IMG/VR virus record: IMGVR_UViG_3300031840_000582
Location: 2,858-66,857 of that record
Strand: one strand, 5' to 3'
DNA: 64,000 nucleotides
Source of the DNA: a virus
Shown: positions 35,878 to 45,359 of the stretch, in pieces
Numbering within the stretch: the first letter of the stretch is position 1
Layout: each line of letters starts with the position of its first letter
Translations under genes and position numbers: made by a program
The notes under the pieces: model-generated
What the model was told of the DNA's origin: nothing
Databases searched by the model: none
Seen by the model: the letters and a program-made list of their open reading frames with translations, nothing else

Positions 35878-37989
35878 ATGTCCAATCGTAAATTAGTAGG
35901 AACCGAATTTAGAAACGAGTTTCTTAGATCACTTAACGTTCTCGCCCCCCGTATTGCAGCGGCGATTGAAAAGTATGGTGAAGATACCGTTGATGTTATT
36001 AACTTTGCCTCGTCAGGCACGGCCACGCTTAACAATGTAAGCATTACTGGCCTGACGGATATAGTTTCTGATGCTACAACCGAAGATGTGTTGGATATTA
36101 CAGCAGACTCTCTTACGACAGCTAATGTTATCGACATTTCAGCAGATGCCTTAACGACAGGAACTATCCTAAACCTTGTTTCTGATTCATCAGACAATAG
36201 TTCCCGCACTCTTTTGAAAGTTTTAAACGACAATTCAAGTGCAACAGGAACGAGCGCCGCATCGTTTGAGACACATGCAGTTCAAACTTGCGTATCAATC
36301 CACAACGACAATACAGAAACTGATTTTGGACCTATTCTCACTGTAAATAGAAAGTCCTCCACGGTTGCTGATGATATGGGAGTTGGGATAATAAACTTTC
36401 AAGGTCTTACAGATGGTAGCACCTCAACTGGATTCGCTAGGATATCAGCAGAGGCAAGTGATGTATCAGATGCAACACCCAGAGGAAAATTAATTCTTCG
36501 GGCTCAATTAAATATTGATGGCTCTGAACCTAACGCTGTTGAAGAACTTATGTCCTTGGGCGGGGGAACCGGGTCAAACGCACCAGAAGTTGTTATTAAT
36601 GATCTAAGCTATGATGTTGACTTCCGCGTTGAATCAAATGGCGAGACTCACATGCTGTTTGTTGACGGAGGAAACAACCGGGTCAGCATTGGAGACTCCA
36701 CAGACACCCCAGCGGCAACACTAGAAATTTCAAATGCAAGTAATGGCGGCGTTCCGCTTGTCCTACTGGACTCAAACGACACAGACAAAATATGCCTTGA
36801 CATCGATGCAGCCAACATCGACGCAGATGTAATTGATATCGCAGCCGACGCAGTAACTACAGCTTTTGTCATGGATGTTACCGCAGATGGACTTACAACC
36901 GGTGGTATCCTAAACCTTGTTTCGGATTCTTCAGATACAAGCGATAGAACACTTGTCAAAGTTACTAATGATAATACAGGTGCAACTGGCACCACAATTA
37001 TGCATCTTAAGAGCGATGCCGTAACTGATGATAATCCAATTTTGCTTATCGAATCCTCTGCTGCCGACACTGGTCCCGTTCTTGAACTAAGAAATACAAA
37101 CGCTGGTGTCAATCGTGAAGCAATCTTAAAATTTACAAGAAGCGATACATCAGCGGAAGCAGACGACATGGATCTTGGGCGTTTGCAATTTCAAGGTGCT
37201 GACAGTGGCAACAATGATACTATATATGTAGCTATTTTGGCAGAGGCCTCTGATGTCACTGACGGCGATGAGGGAGGCCTATTAAAATTTAGACTGTTCT
37301 CAGGCGGAACAGGAGGCACAGCCTCCTCCAATACGCTATTCTCAATCGGCGGTGAAGACGTTGCAAATTCAACACCTTGTGAAGTTATCGTCAACGAAGA
37401 CGGCATCGACTGCAACTTCCGTGTTGAATCAGATAACAATACCCATATGCTCTTCGTTGATGCGGCTGACGACACCGTAACGGTCGGAGGAGACGTTGCT
37501 CTTCACAAAGATGGTTTCGCTGTTATAAACAATTATCAGGCAACAACTTTTGAAAATACTTTAGCAGACGGGCGATTTGGTAGCGCCGAGATATTAAGAT
37601 ACTCTCCGGGCGCGGATGACACTCTTACAGCAGGGCAATTGTTTTTCTTGCACACAGACGGCACTTGGGACAGCACGGATGCTGATGCAGTTGCCACTGG
37701 CGCAACACAAATGCTTGGTATTGGCCTTGGTGGTTCGTCTCAGACAGTTGGCTGTTTAATTAAAGGATTCATACGAATCCCATCTACAGAAATACTAAAC
37801 CTTCCCGGCTCTGGTGCCTGCGACGGCCTGCCTCTTTATGTTTCAACAACAGCAGGCCACCTAGACTTTACAGCCCCATCTGGAAATGGTGACTTTGTTC
37901 GCACCGTTGGTTACGCAATTGATGATGATGGTGGCGACGTTCTTATTTACTTCAATCCAGATGCAACACATGTGGAGATTACAGCGTAA
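35878..37989 (+). CDS. Fibre/spike-like virion protein with an internal tandem duplication
   Basis: Two copies of ADxLTTGxILNLVSDSS...ADDM...FRVESxxxTHMLFVD. ACTAATTA at 35843. Confidence 0.65.
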   Translation: MSNRKLVGTEFRNEFLRSLNVLAPRIAAAIEKYGEDTVDVINFASSGTATLNNVSITGLTDIVSDATTEDVLDITADSLTTANVIDISADALTTGTILNLVSDSSDNSSRTLLKVLNDNSSATGTSAASFETHAVQTCVSIHNDNTETDFGPILTVNRKSSTVADDMGVGIINFQGLTDGSTSTGFARISAEASDVSDATPRGKLILRAQLNIDGSEPNAVEELMSLGGGTGSNAPEVVINDLSYDVDFRVESNGETHMLFVDGGNNRVSIGDSTDTPAATLEISNASNGGVPLVLLDSNDTDKICLDIDAANIDADVIDIAADAVTTAFVMDVTADGLTTGGILNLVSDSSDTSDRTLVKVTNDNTGATGTTIMHLKSDAVTDDNPILLIESSAADTGPVLELRNTNAGVNREAILKFTRSDTSAEADDMDLGRLQFQGADSGNNDTIYVAILAEASDVTDGDEGGLLKFRLFSGGTGGTASSNTLFSIGGEDVANSTPCEVIVNEDGIDCNFRVESDNNTHMLFVDAADDTVTVGGDVALHKDGFAVINNYQATTFENTLADGRFGSAEILRYSPGADDTLTAGQLFFLHTDGTWDSTDADAVATGATQMLGIGLGGSSQTVGCLIKGFIRIPSTEILNLPGSGACDGLPLYVSTTAGHLDFTAPSGNGDFVRTVGYAIDDDGGDVLIYFNPDATHVEITA

Positions 37990-38579
37990 TGCTAAAAACA
38001 AGAATTGAAGATCAAAATTTAATTTTTACTGATGACGCCATTATAGTGGAAAATGATAAGCTTCAAAATCTCCATGCTGGTATTGAAGTTATGATGGATT
38101 GGGAAAGTGGCTTGATGAGGAGGCACGCTGAATTAGTATGCGAGAATGGAGGAGATATACTAGAAATAGGGTTTGGCATGGGCATCTCGGCTAACTTTAT
38201 TCAAGAACTAAATCCTGATTCTCACACAATCGTAGAAAGTCATCCACAAATTATAGAAAAGCTAAAAGAATGGGCTACTGATAAGCCAAGTGTTACTGTG
38301 GTCGAAGGTAGGTGGTTTGATGTGATAGACCAGCTTGGCGTATATGATGGCGTTTTCTACGATACATTTGGTGACGATGATTATTCAAAGTTTGGCACAG
38401 AGTCAGTTAAATTTACAAAGCCCGGTAGTATTATCACAGCGTGGAATGCTGTAAGCCAGCCAAATCAAAATTTATATGGGTTCGCTGGTAACGTGACATA
38501 CGAAGAAATAGATGTAACTCCCCCAGACAATGGATATTTTTTTGGTAACAAATATTATTTATTTAAGGTTGTAGTGTAA
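37989..38579 (+). CDS. Class I SAM-dependent methyltransferase, RMT2/GAMT-like
   Basis: VMMDWE...HA...GGDILEIGFGMG...HTIVESHP...EGRW...YDGVFYDTF follows the RMT2/guanidinoacetate methyltransferase motif order. Confidence 0.8.
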   Translation: MLKTRIEDQNLIFTDDAIIVENDKLQNLHAGIEVMMDWESGLMRRHAELVCENGGDILEIGFGMGISANFIQELNPDSHTIVESHPQIIEKLKEWATDKPSVTVVEGRWFDVIDQLGVYDGVFYDTFGDDDYSKFGTESVKFTKPGSIITAWNAVSQPNQNLYGFAGNVTYEEIDVTPPDNGYFFGNKYYLFKVVV

Positions 38580-39319
38580 TGCCAACAACAAACATAACTG
38601 CTGCTGCGACTGGTGGTTTTGTAAGATCAAACGTAACCTCTACTGGTAATGACGCCACTGACTTCGCCACTGCAAGAAACAAGAACACGGGAGATGTTAT
38701 CGATCTCACCGATACCGCTGACTTAATAGGCGGGATTAAAACGACCGGTCGAGGCGCAGCTTCGTTCTCTGTCGGGCGCTTGTTTCACGCCTTTGACACT
38801 AGTGGTATTACAAGTGGCGTAACTAGTGTTACGCTTCAGATTGAAAGGGTATCAACAACATCTGATTGCGATCTAATAGTGGTCAAAGCTAGCAAACCAG
38901 ATACTAGTACGGACTTGGTTCTTGCAGATTTCGATGCTATTCCCGGTTTTACAGATGATGCATCTATGAGTGGAAATGTTACGGAATACTCATCTGAAAT
39001 AGTGGCGGGTACTATCGGAACTACCAGAACGGATGTGACGCTTAATTCAACAGCTATAAGTGACGTGCAATCTCTCGATACTTTTGCTATTGCTATAATT
39101 GAGCACACTCATGACTATTCCAACGTAACACCAACGGATGCATCAAGTTTTGTGTTTCTTGAGGGTGTTACAGGAGTACCGGCATCTGAGCAGCCTAGAC
39201 TTGTTGTCGTAACATCAGGCGGCTACACACACAATGTTATGGGCGTAGCTGCTGCAAACATTGCAAAGGTTGATGGAGTCGCCACAGCCAACATTGGCAA
39301 AATCAATGGTGTTGATTAA
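38579..39319 (+). CDS. Hypothetical virion protein
   Basis: T/S/D-rich, with C-terminal repeats GVAAANIAKVDGVATANIGKINGV. Confidence 0.5.
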   Translation: MPTTNITAAATGGFVRSNVTSTGNDATDFATARNKNTGDVIDLTDTADLIGGIKTTGRGAASFSVGRLFHAFDTSGITSGVTSVTLQIERVSTTSDCDLIVVKASKPDTSTDLVLADFDAIPGFTDDASMSGNVTEYSSEIVAGTIGTTRTDVTLNSTAISDVQSLDTFAIAIIEHTHDYSNVTPTDASSFVFLEGVTGVPASEQPRLVVVTSGGYTHNVMGVAAANIAKVDGVATANIGKINGVD

Positions 39320-39366
39320 TTTATAGGATACTACTTATTAATACACATGTCACAAATGGAGCAATT

Positions 39367-39660
39367 GTGAGCAACAGAAACTATAGAAACCACAGAGGTC
39401 GGGACCATAATCGTAGAGAAAGATATACCCCACCTCATGTAGGCAAGAGGCACAGCAATTTAACAGTCGTGCCGAGACAAAATGAGCCAATCGAAAGAGC
39501 GATTCGCAGATTTATTAAAAAATGTAAGAAGATGAAGATCATCGAAACATACAGAGAAAAGACTGATTATTATGAAAAGCCATCAGTTGTGCGAAGAAAA
39601 AAAGCAATTCGCCGCCAGAGAGCAATTGATAAGGCAAACAAAGCTAACGCAAACAGATAG
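39367..39660 (+). CDS. rpsU: Phage-encoded ribosomal protein bS21 homolog with an Arg-rich N-terminal extension
   Basis: VVPRQNEPIERAIRRFIKKCKK...YYEKPSVVRRKK is the bS21 signature. ACTACTTA at 39330. Confidence 0.85.
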   Translation: MSNRNYRNHRGRDHNRRERYTPPHVGKRHSNLTVVPRQNEPIERAIRRFIKKCKKMKIIETYREKTDYYEKPSVVRRKKAIRRQRAIDKANKANANR

Positions 39661-39747
39661 TCAATTTTAAATTAACAGGATTTTGTCTTTTCTACATACT
39701 ATTTAGATGTAGGCAAACGATAATATTTTCTTGCAAGGGAATCCAAT

Positions 39748-40800
39748 ATGTCAACAATGTTAGAACAAGCTTTAGTAGATGCAACTGCTCTTAGAGAAGC
39801 AGCACTTAAAAACGCAGAGACTGCAATTCTTGAGAGATACGCAGATGACGTGAGAACCACCATGGACTCGCTCTTGGCTGAACAAGAGGATATGGGCGAC
39901 ATGGGAATGGAAATTGCCGACGAAGATCCAGAAGGCGACATTCCAGATGCAGCCACTAGTGATCTTAAGGTGTGTCCAGACGATGATGAAGTAAAGACTT
40001 TTACTTTTTCTCTAAACGACCTCCGCGACACCCTTGATAAGCTAAGTGATGATGAGGCTGGAGAGCCAGAAGATTCAGAAGAGCTTGCTATGGACATGGG
40101 CGCTGAGCCTGAAGAAGAAGAGTTGGAATTGCAAGAAGATCTAGAGTTAGACGAAGAGATGCTATTTGAGTATCCTGAAGGACAAGTTGACGAGCAAGAA
40201 GAAATTACAGAAGACGAGACTGCACTCCCAGAAGGTATCGACCTAGATAAATTGGTTGAGGAAGTTATCGTTGATCTTGCTGGAGATGAACTAACTGGCT
40301 GGGCAGGACGCCCACGATCAGATGTTGACCACGCCAAAGAAATTAGATTAGCACGGGCTGCTTCCACCGAGGCCAAAGAGCAAAATGAAAAGCTCAAGGC
40401 AGCACTCGAAGAACTCGCAGAGTCAAGCAAGGCTGTAGCTAATGAAAACCAACTTCTCAAGCAAACACTTGAGACTATGAAAGAGAAACTTGAAGAAGTC
40501 AATCTTTCAAATGCAAAACTACTTTACATGAATCGGACATTGAATAGTCCCTCCCTGAATGAGCGGCAAAAAACTAAAATTGTCGAATCTATTCAGAATT
40601 CTGATTCAGTTGAAGAAGCGAAGGTAATTTTTGAAACCCTTCAAAGCGCAGTGGGCTCTTCCAAGAAGAAGCCAGAATCACTACGCGAAGCTATCAAGAG
40701 ACCTTCTATTTCCGTGCCTAGTAGAAGAAACAAATCTTCACAACGTGATACGATTGTGAAAGAACGCTTCCAACGCTTGGCTGGAATTTCTAGAAACTGA
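39748..40800 (+). CDS. Prohead scaffold/core protein (T4 gp22-like)
   Basis: Acidic and coiled-coil, immediately before the major capsid gene, many L-x-E sites, C-terminal RFQRLAGI. ACTATTTA at 39698. Confidence 0.75.
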   Translation: MSTMLEQALVDATALREAALKNAETAILERYADDVRTTMDSLLAEQEDMGDMGMEIADEDPEGDIPDAATSDLKVCPDDDEVKTFTFSLNDLRDTLDKLSDDEAGEPEDSEELAMDMGAEPEEEELELQEDLELDEEMLFEYPEGQVDEQEEITEDETALPEGIDLDKLVEEVIVDLAGDELTGWAGRPRSDVDHAKEIRLARAASTEAKEQNEKLKAALEELAESSKAVANENQLLKQTLETMKEKLEEVNLSNAKLLYMNRTLNSPSLNERQKTKIVESIQNSDSVEEAKVIFETLQSAVGSSKKKPESLREAIKRPSISVPSRRNKSSQRDTIVKERFQRLAGISRN

Positions 40801-40842
40801 TAGATTATATCTAAAATTATACTAAAAAAGGAGGTGATAAAA

Positions 40843-42729
40843 ATGTCAGTATTAGATAAATTAACTGAAGGGATCGTTTCTCGCGATCTCCGACAAGAGG
40901 CAGATGCTCTTCTCTCCAAGTGGGAAAAGACTGGTCTTCTTGAAGGCCTCGACGCCGATAATGAGCGTCAAGGCATGGCACGCTTGCTTGAAAACCAAGC
41001 GGCACAGCTTCTCAAAGAAGCATCCTCAATGGCAGGAGGAAACGTCGAGGGCTTTGCTTCCGTCGCATTCCCACTTGTCCGTCGAGTTTTCGGTGGCCTC
41101 TTGGCTAACGATGTTGTCTCAGTGCAACCAATGAGCCTTCCATCAGGTCTCATTTTCTTCCTTGACTTCACACATAGTACAGAGGGTGTTGGTTCAGGTG
41201 TCCGTGGACAGGGCGCTACCGGCGAGTCAGTGTACGGTGGTGGCAAGGTTGGCTTCCAGATCACTGGTGGTGTTGATCTTGGGTACGAAGGTACTCGTGC
41301 AATTGGCGCAGCCGCTGATGGTAACCCCGGCCTAGACGTTGGGTTCTACAACCTTTCAACTGGATTCTCTGCACCTACTGGTTCAACCGTGCTTGGTGGT
41401 ATCACTGAGATCAAGGCACACGCTATTGGAGCTACTGCTGCTTCCGCGTCTGCTGTTATTGATCTTGCTAGCCCAACCGACGCTCAGAAGAAGGCACTTC
41501 GTTTCGACCCAGACGTTCTAGGTCTTGGCGATGGACACGAGGCAATTTTTGCTCGCGTCAAGCTTTCCGACATTGAGGAAAGTGGACAGCTTCTTAACAA
41601 GCGTATGCTTACAGCAATCTCTTGCTCTGTTGCAGGAACCAGCCTTGATGACCTAATTATGGTTCGTCGTCTTACCACTCTTGGTCAAGATAACGGTTCA
41701 ACGGACTTCAACGCTGCATTGCACCCAACCGAGGCCGGATATGACGGAAGCGAGAACACTGTGTTCTTCGTCTTCGTTGGTACTGATGCCAATGTTATCT
41801 CAACAAACCACCAAGTAGCTGCTGCTCAGGCTGCACCTACAATCCACTTCCCACTTGCGGATAACTTCGGTGGTGCAAGAACCAATGACGGTAACGACTC
41901 TGTTGGTACTGTGATTGCTCAGACTGATTGGGGTCTCGAAAACGAGACAGCGATCCCTGAGATCGACATCAAGGTGGACAGCATTGCTGTTACCGCAGTC
42001 ACTCGTAAGCTCAAGGCTAAGTGGACCCCAGAATTGGGTCAAGACCTCAATGCTTACCACAACCTCGATGCCGAGGTTGAGTTGACCTCAATCCTCTCCG
42101 AGCAAATTGCTCTTGAGATTGATCGTGAGATCCTACAGGATCTTATCAATGGTGCAACTGCTGGTACGCTCTACTGGTCACGTTCACCGGGTCTATTCGT
42201 CAACCGTGAGACTGGTGCTGAAATTGGTGCGTCTTCTGCCGCTCCTGATTTCACAGGTACTGTTTCCGAGTGGTACGAGACCCTCATCGAGACCATCAAT
42301 GATGTGTCTGCTAGAATCCACCGTAAGACTCTACGGGGTGGTGCTAACTTCGTGATTTGTTCACCAGAAGTTGCTTCTATCCTTGAGTTCACCAGCGGAT
42401 TCCGTGCAAGCGTCACTGTTGACTCTGATGCAGGCTCAATCGGTGCTGTTAGAACCGGCTCAATCTCTAAGAAGTTCGACGTGTACGTCGATCCTTACTT
42501 CCCACGGAACGTGATTCTCGTTGGTCGTAAGGGTGGTAGCTTCCTTGAGAGTGGCTTCGTCTACGCTCCATATGTGCCACTACAGGTCACACCTACTATC
42601 TTCGGTGTCGAGGACTTCGTGCCCCGCAAGGGTGTCATGACTCGCTACGCCAAGAAGATGGTCCGTGGTGATATGTACGGTCTAGTTATCTGTCGCGGTC
42701 TTATCGGTGAGGCTGGTGCAACCAGCTAA
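40843..42729 (+). CDS. Major capsid protein (T4 gp23-like)
   Basis: KWEKTGLLEG, PLVRRVF, VSVQPMSLPSGLIFFL, TRKLKAKWTPELGQDL, EIDREIL, YAPYVPL, GVMTRYA. SD AAGGAGGTG. Confidence 0.97.
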   Translation: MSVLDKLTEGIVSRDLRQEADALLSKWEKTGLLEGLDADNERQGMARLLENQAAQLLKEASSMAGGNVEGFASVAFPLVRRVFGGLLANDVVSVQPMSLPSGLIFFLDFTHSTEGVGSGVRGQGATGESVYGGGKVGFQITGGVDLGYEGTRAIGAAADGNPGLDVGFYNLSTGFSAPTGSTVLGGITEIKAHAIGATAASASAVIDLASPTDAQKKALRFDPDVLGLGDGHEAIFARVKLSDIEESGQLLNKRMLTAISCSVAGTSLDDLIMVRRLTTLGQDNGSTDFNAALHPTEAGYDGSENTVFFVFVGTDANVISTNHQVAAAQAAPTIHFPLADNFGGARTNDGNDSVGTVIAQTDWGLENETAIPEIDIKVDSIAVTAVTRKLKAKWTPELGQDLNAYHNLDAEVELTSILSEQIALEIDREILQDLINGATAGTLYWSRSPGLFVNRETGAEIGASSAAPDFTGTVSEWYETLIETINDVSARIHRKTLRGGANFVICSPEVASILEFTSGFRASVTVDSDAGSIGAVRTGSISKKFDVYVDPYFPRNVILVGRKGGSFLESGFVYAPYVPLQVTPTIFGVEDFVPRKGVMTRYAKKMVRGDMYGLVICRGLIGEAGATS

Positions 42730-42753
42730 TCGATAGCGATTGACTAACAATCT

Positions 42754-42785
42754 AACCCGCTCTCTTCGGAGGGCGGGTTTTTTTA
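42754..42785 (+). terminator. Rho-independent terminator after the major capsid gene
   Basis: AACCCGCTCTC-TTCG-GAGGGCGGGTT followed by a T-run. Confidence 0.9.
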
Positions 42786-42911
42786 TTGCTTAAGATGAAC
42801 TATTAAACTATTTATATATGAACCAATTAAGGTTTATCCTAAGTTATTGCATGCTTGAAGGCATGGCCGCAATTTAGCGGTGACACGATTATAAAAGGAG
42901 GGTTTTTAACT

Positions 42912-43433
42912 ATGGGAACGAAAAGAGTAGGCCTCGCAAGAGTTGAGGCATTAGTAGAGAATTTGAAGAGAGAGCTAAGCTTGGGTCAAGCCACGCTCGT
43001 TGGACACAAGAAAAACGTCAAGACTATGAGTGATGGTCTTGTTCTAACAGAGGACGACAGTGGGTCATACTGTCTTTTTGCTGCCGCTGCGGCAACTGCT
43101 GTGACCTTGCCTGCACCGGCTGTGGGTTTAGAGTTCACCTTTGTCACTACGGTCACAGCGACTGCTGACCACGTTATCAGGACCGCTACCCTAAACACCG
43201 ATGGGTTTTTGGGCGGCGTGCTCACAAACTCCACTACTGCTGGGCAAGCTGACTGCTTTAGCGCAGACGCTGATGGCAGTAACGACTTCATTACACTTAA
43301 CGGTAGCACCACTGGTGGTCTAGCCGGAAGTAGAATTCACGTTGTTTGTATCGATGGCGAGAATTGGGCTGTGGACGGCCAATTGGTTGCCACTGGCACT
43401 GCTGCTACATGCTTCGGTGACGCACAGATCTAA
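42912..43433 (+). CDS. Putative capsid decoration/head-associated protein
   Basis: Follows the major capsid gene with its own late motif (42807) and SD AAGGAGG. Contains VTLPAPAVGLEFTF. Confidence 0.55.
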   Translation: MGTKRVGLARVEALVENLKRELSLGQATLVGHKKNVKTMSDGLVLTEDDSGSYCLFAAAAATAVTLPAPAVGLEFTFVTTVTATADHVIRTATLNTDGFLGGVLTNSTTAGQADCFSADADGSNDFITLNGSTTGGLAGSRIHVVCIDGENWAVDGQLVATGTAATCFGDAQI

Positions 43434-43457
43434 TATTTAATATTAGATATGTTATTC

Positions 43458-43491
43458 AAACCCCCTTCCTTCATTGGTTGGGGGTTTTGTT
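43458..43491 (+). terminator. Putative terminator
   Basis: AAACCCCC...GGGGGTTT followed by TGTT. Confidence 0.6.
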
Positions 43492-43530
43492 GTATGCGGA
43501 ACTAATTACTGTAAACAGGAGACCTAGCCT

Positions 43531-44856
43531 ATGTCCTTTCCTCAATTGACACCAAGCAGTAATACGAGTGCTGTTGTATTGCCACCTACTGGCAGTACCG
43601 GCGATGTTACAGCCGCACTTCCATTCGGAGTATACAAAGACGATGATTTTAAGCAGGGTGCAGCCGCTCAAGTTGCTTACACATATAAGAAGCTTGGTGG
43701 AGATGTATTGGACATCGAGATCAAAGCAGACAATGTTTACGCAGCCTATGAAGAGGCTTGCCTAGAGTATTCCTATCAGATCAACATCCATCAGGCTAAG
43801 AACGTATTGTCCGACCTTCTAGGTATGGCAACGGGCACATTTGATCATCTTGGAGAACACTCCACTTCAGAGTTAGACGCGACAAGCGGATCGCTGGTCA
43901 ACATGAAGTATCCAAGATATAAATTTACATACGCTCAGCGAGTGGGTGATGGTATCGCAGAAGAGGCAGGGTTTGGTGGAAACCTAATAGAATACTCAGC
44001 ATCTTTTAATCTTATCAGAGGACAACAAGATTACGACTTACAAACGATTATATCTGGTAACTCAATTGATATCAATGCAGAGACAACCAAGGCAGTACCA
44101 TACGGAACTGGTAGTATAGAGAAGTCGCCACAGACTTTGACCTCAAATCAACAAGACAGAATGAATCGTAAATTTAAGATTCGTAGAGTATATTATAAGA
44201 CCCCAGCTTCAGTGTGGAGATTCTATGGATACTACGGTGGCCTGAATGTTGTTGGAAACTTAAACTATTATGGTCAGTTTGCTGATGACACAACATTTGA
44301 GATCATTCCGTCTTGGCATAACAAATTGCAAGCGATGGCTTACGAGGACCATTTATATACTAGGCTATCTCACTATTCATACGAGATTGATAACAATAGG
44401 CTAAGGATATTCCCAATTCCGTCAGCAGAAATTCCAAAAACTATGTGGGTTACGTTTACTATGCATCGTGATGCTTGGGAAGAGGACTCCGATAGAAAGA
44501 CAGGAGTGAGCGGTATCAACAATATGAACACGTTGCCGTTCCCAAATGTGCCCTACAAGAATATCAACTCTATTGGTAAGCAGTGGATTCGTCGTTATGC
44601 ACTAGCGTTAACAAAAGAAATACTTGGTCAAGTCCGAGGTAAATTTGCTACCCTGCCAATCCCCGGAGAGTCAGTCACCCTAAACGCTTCAGATCTGCTC
44701 TCACAGGCCCGAGAAGAGCAGACATCTCTCAAGGAGGAGCTAAAGACGGTTCTAGATCAGATGACCTACAAAGCCCTAGCAGAGCAAGATGCTGCTATGG
44801 TTGCATCTGTTGATGCTGTCTACCAAGAAATCCCACTAGCTATTTTCCAAGGATAA
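43531..44856 (+). CDS. Neck/head-tail adaptor protein (T4 gp13-like)
   Basis: KLGGDVLDIEI...WIRRYALALTKEILGQVRGKF...IPGESVTLN. Position after the capsid genes. ACTAATTA at 43501. Confidence 0.8.
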   Translation: MSFPQLTPSSNTSAVVLPPTGSTGDVTAALPFGVYKDDDFKQGAAAQVAYTYKKLGGDVLDIEIKADNVYAAYEEACLEYSYQINIHQAKNVLSDLLGMATGTFDHLGEHSTSELDATSGSLVNMKYPRYKFTYAQRVGDGIAEEAGFGGNLIEYSASFNLIRGQQDYDLQTIISGNSIDINAETTKAVPYGTGSIEKSPQTLTSNQQDRMNRKFKIRRVYYKTPASVWRFYGYYGGLNVVGNLNYYGQFADDTTFEIIPSWHNKLQAMAYEDHLYTRLSHYSYEIDNNRLRIFPIPSAEIPKTMWVTFTMHRDAWEEDSDRKTGVSGINNMNTLPFPNVPYKNINSIGKQWIRRYALALTKEILGQVRGKFATLPIPGESVTLNASDLLSQAREEQTSLKEELKTVLDQMTYKALAEQDAAMVASVDAVYQEIPLAIFQG

Positions 44857-44861
44857 TCTGA

Positions 44862-45359
44862 ATGTCAGAGAACGAAAAGAAATGGAAACAACCTAATCAG
44901 CCTCCTCCCCCTTTATTTGTTGGGCAGAAGGAAAGGGATCTTGTAAAGCAAGTTAATGACGAACTTATTGAGCGCGTCATTGGCCAGCAAGTTGTTTACT
45001 ACTCAATAGACTTGGAAAGAACAAATTTTCATCCACTATACGGCGAGGCAATTAACAAAACATTCCTGCCCCCAGTTAGAGTTTTTGCTCTTGTAGAGTA
45101 TGAGGGAATACAGACACAGTTTGATACAAACATTGGTCTTGATAAAGAAGCCTCAATTACAGTTCATTTTCACAAGCGTAGATTGACGGAAGATCAAGAT
45201 TTGTTTGTGCGAGAAGGTGACTTCGTGCTGTACGGCGATATATACTATGAGATCACAATTTTATCAGAGCCTCGTCAGATCTTTGGGCAAGTAGATCATA
45301 AGATTGAAATATCTGCTAAATGCGTGAGAGCAAGGGAGGGTTTGTTCGATGGCACCTAA
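44862..45359 (+). CDS. Head closure protein (T4 gp14-like)
   Basis: ELIERVIGQQVVYY...LYGE...EGDFV...YYEI, and gene order. Confidence 0.7.
   Translation: MSENEKKWKQPNQPPPPLFVGQKERDLVKQVNDELIERVIGQQVVYYSIDLERTNFHPLYGEAINKTFLPPVRVFALVEYEGIQTQFDTNIGLDKEASITVHFHKRRLTEDQDLFVREGDFVLYGDIYYEITILSEPRQIFGQVDHKIEISAKCVRAREGLFDGT

Noticed and set aside
42855-42911. Longer upstream starts in the ORF track (42855, 26783, 33594, 40834, 54208, 63355)
   Set aside because: Downstream ATGs have well-spaced SD sequences and were preferred.
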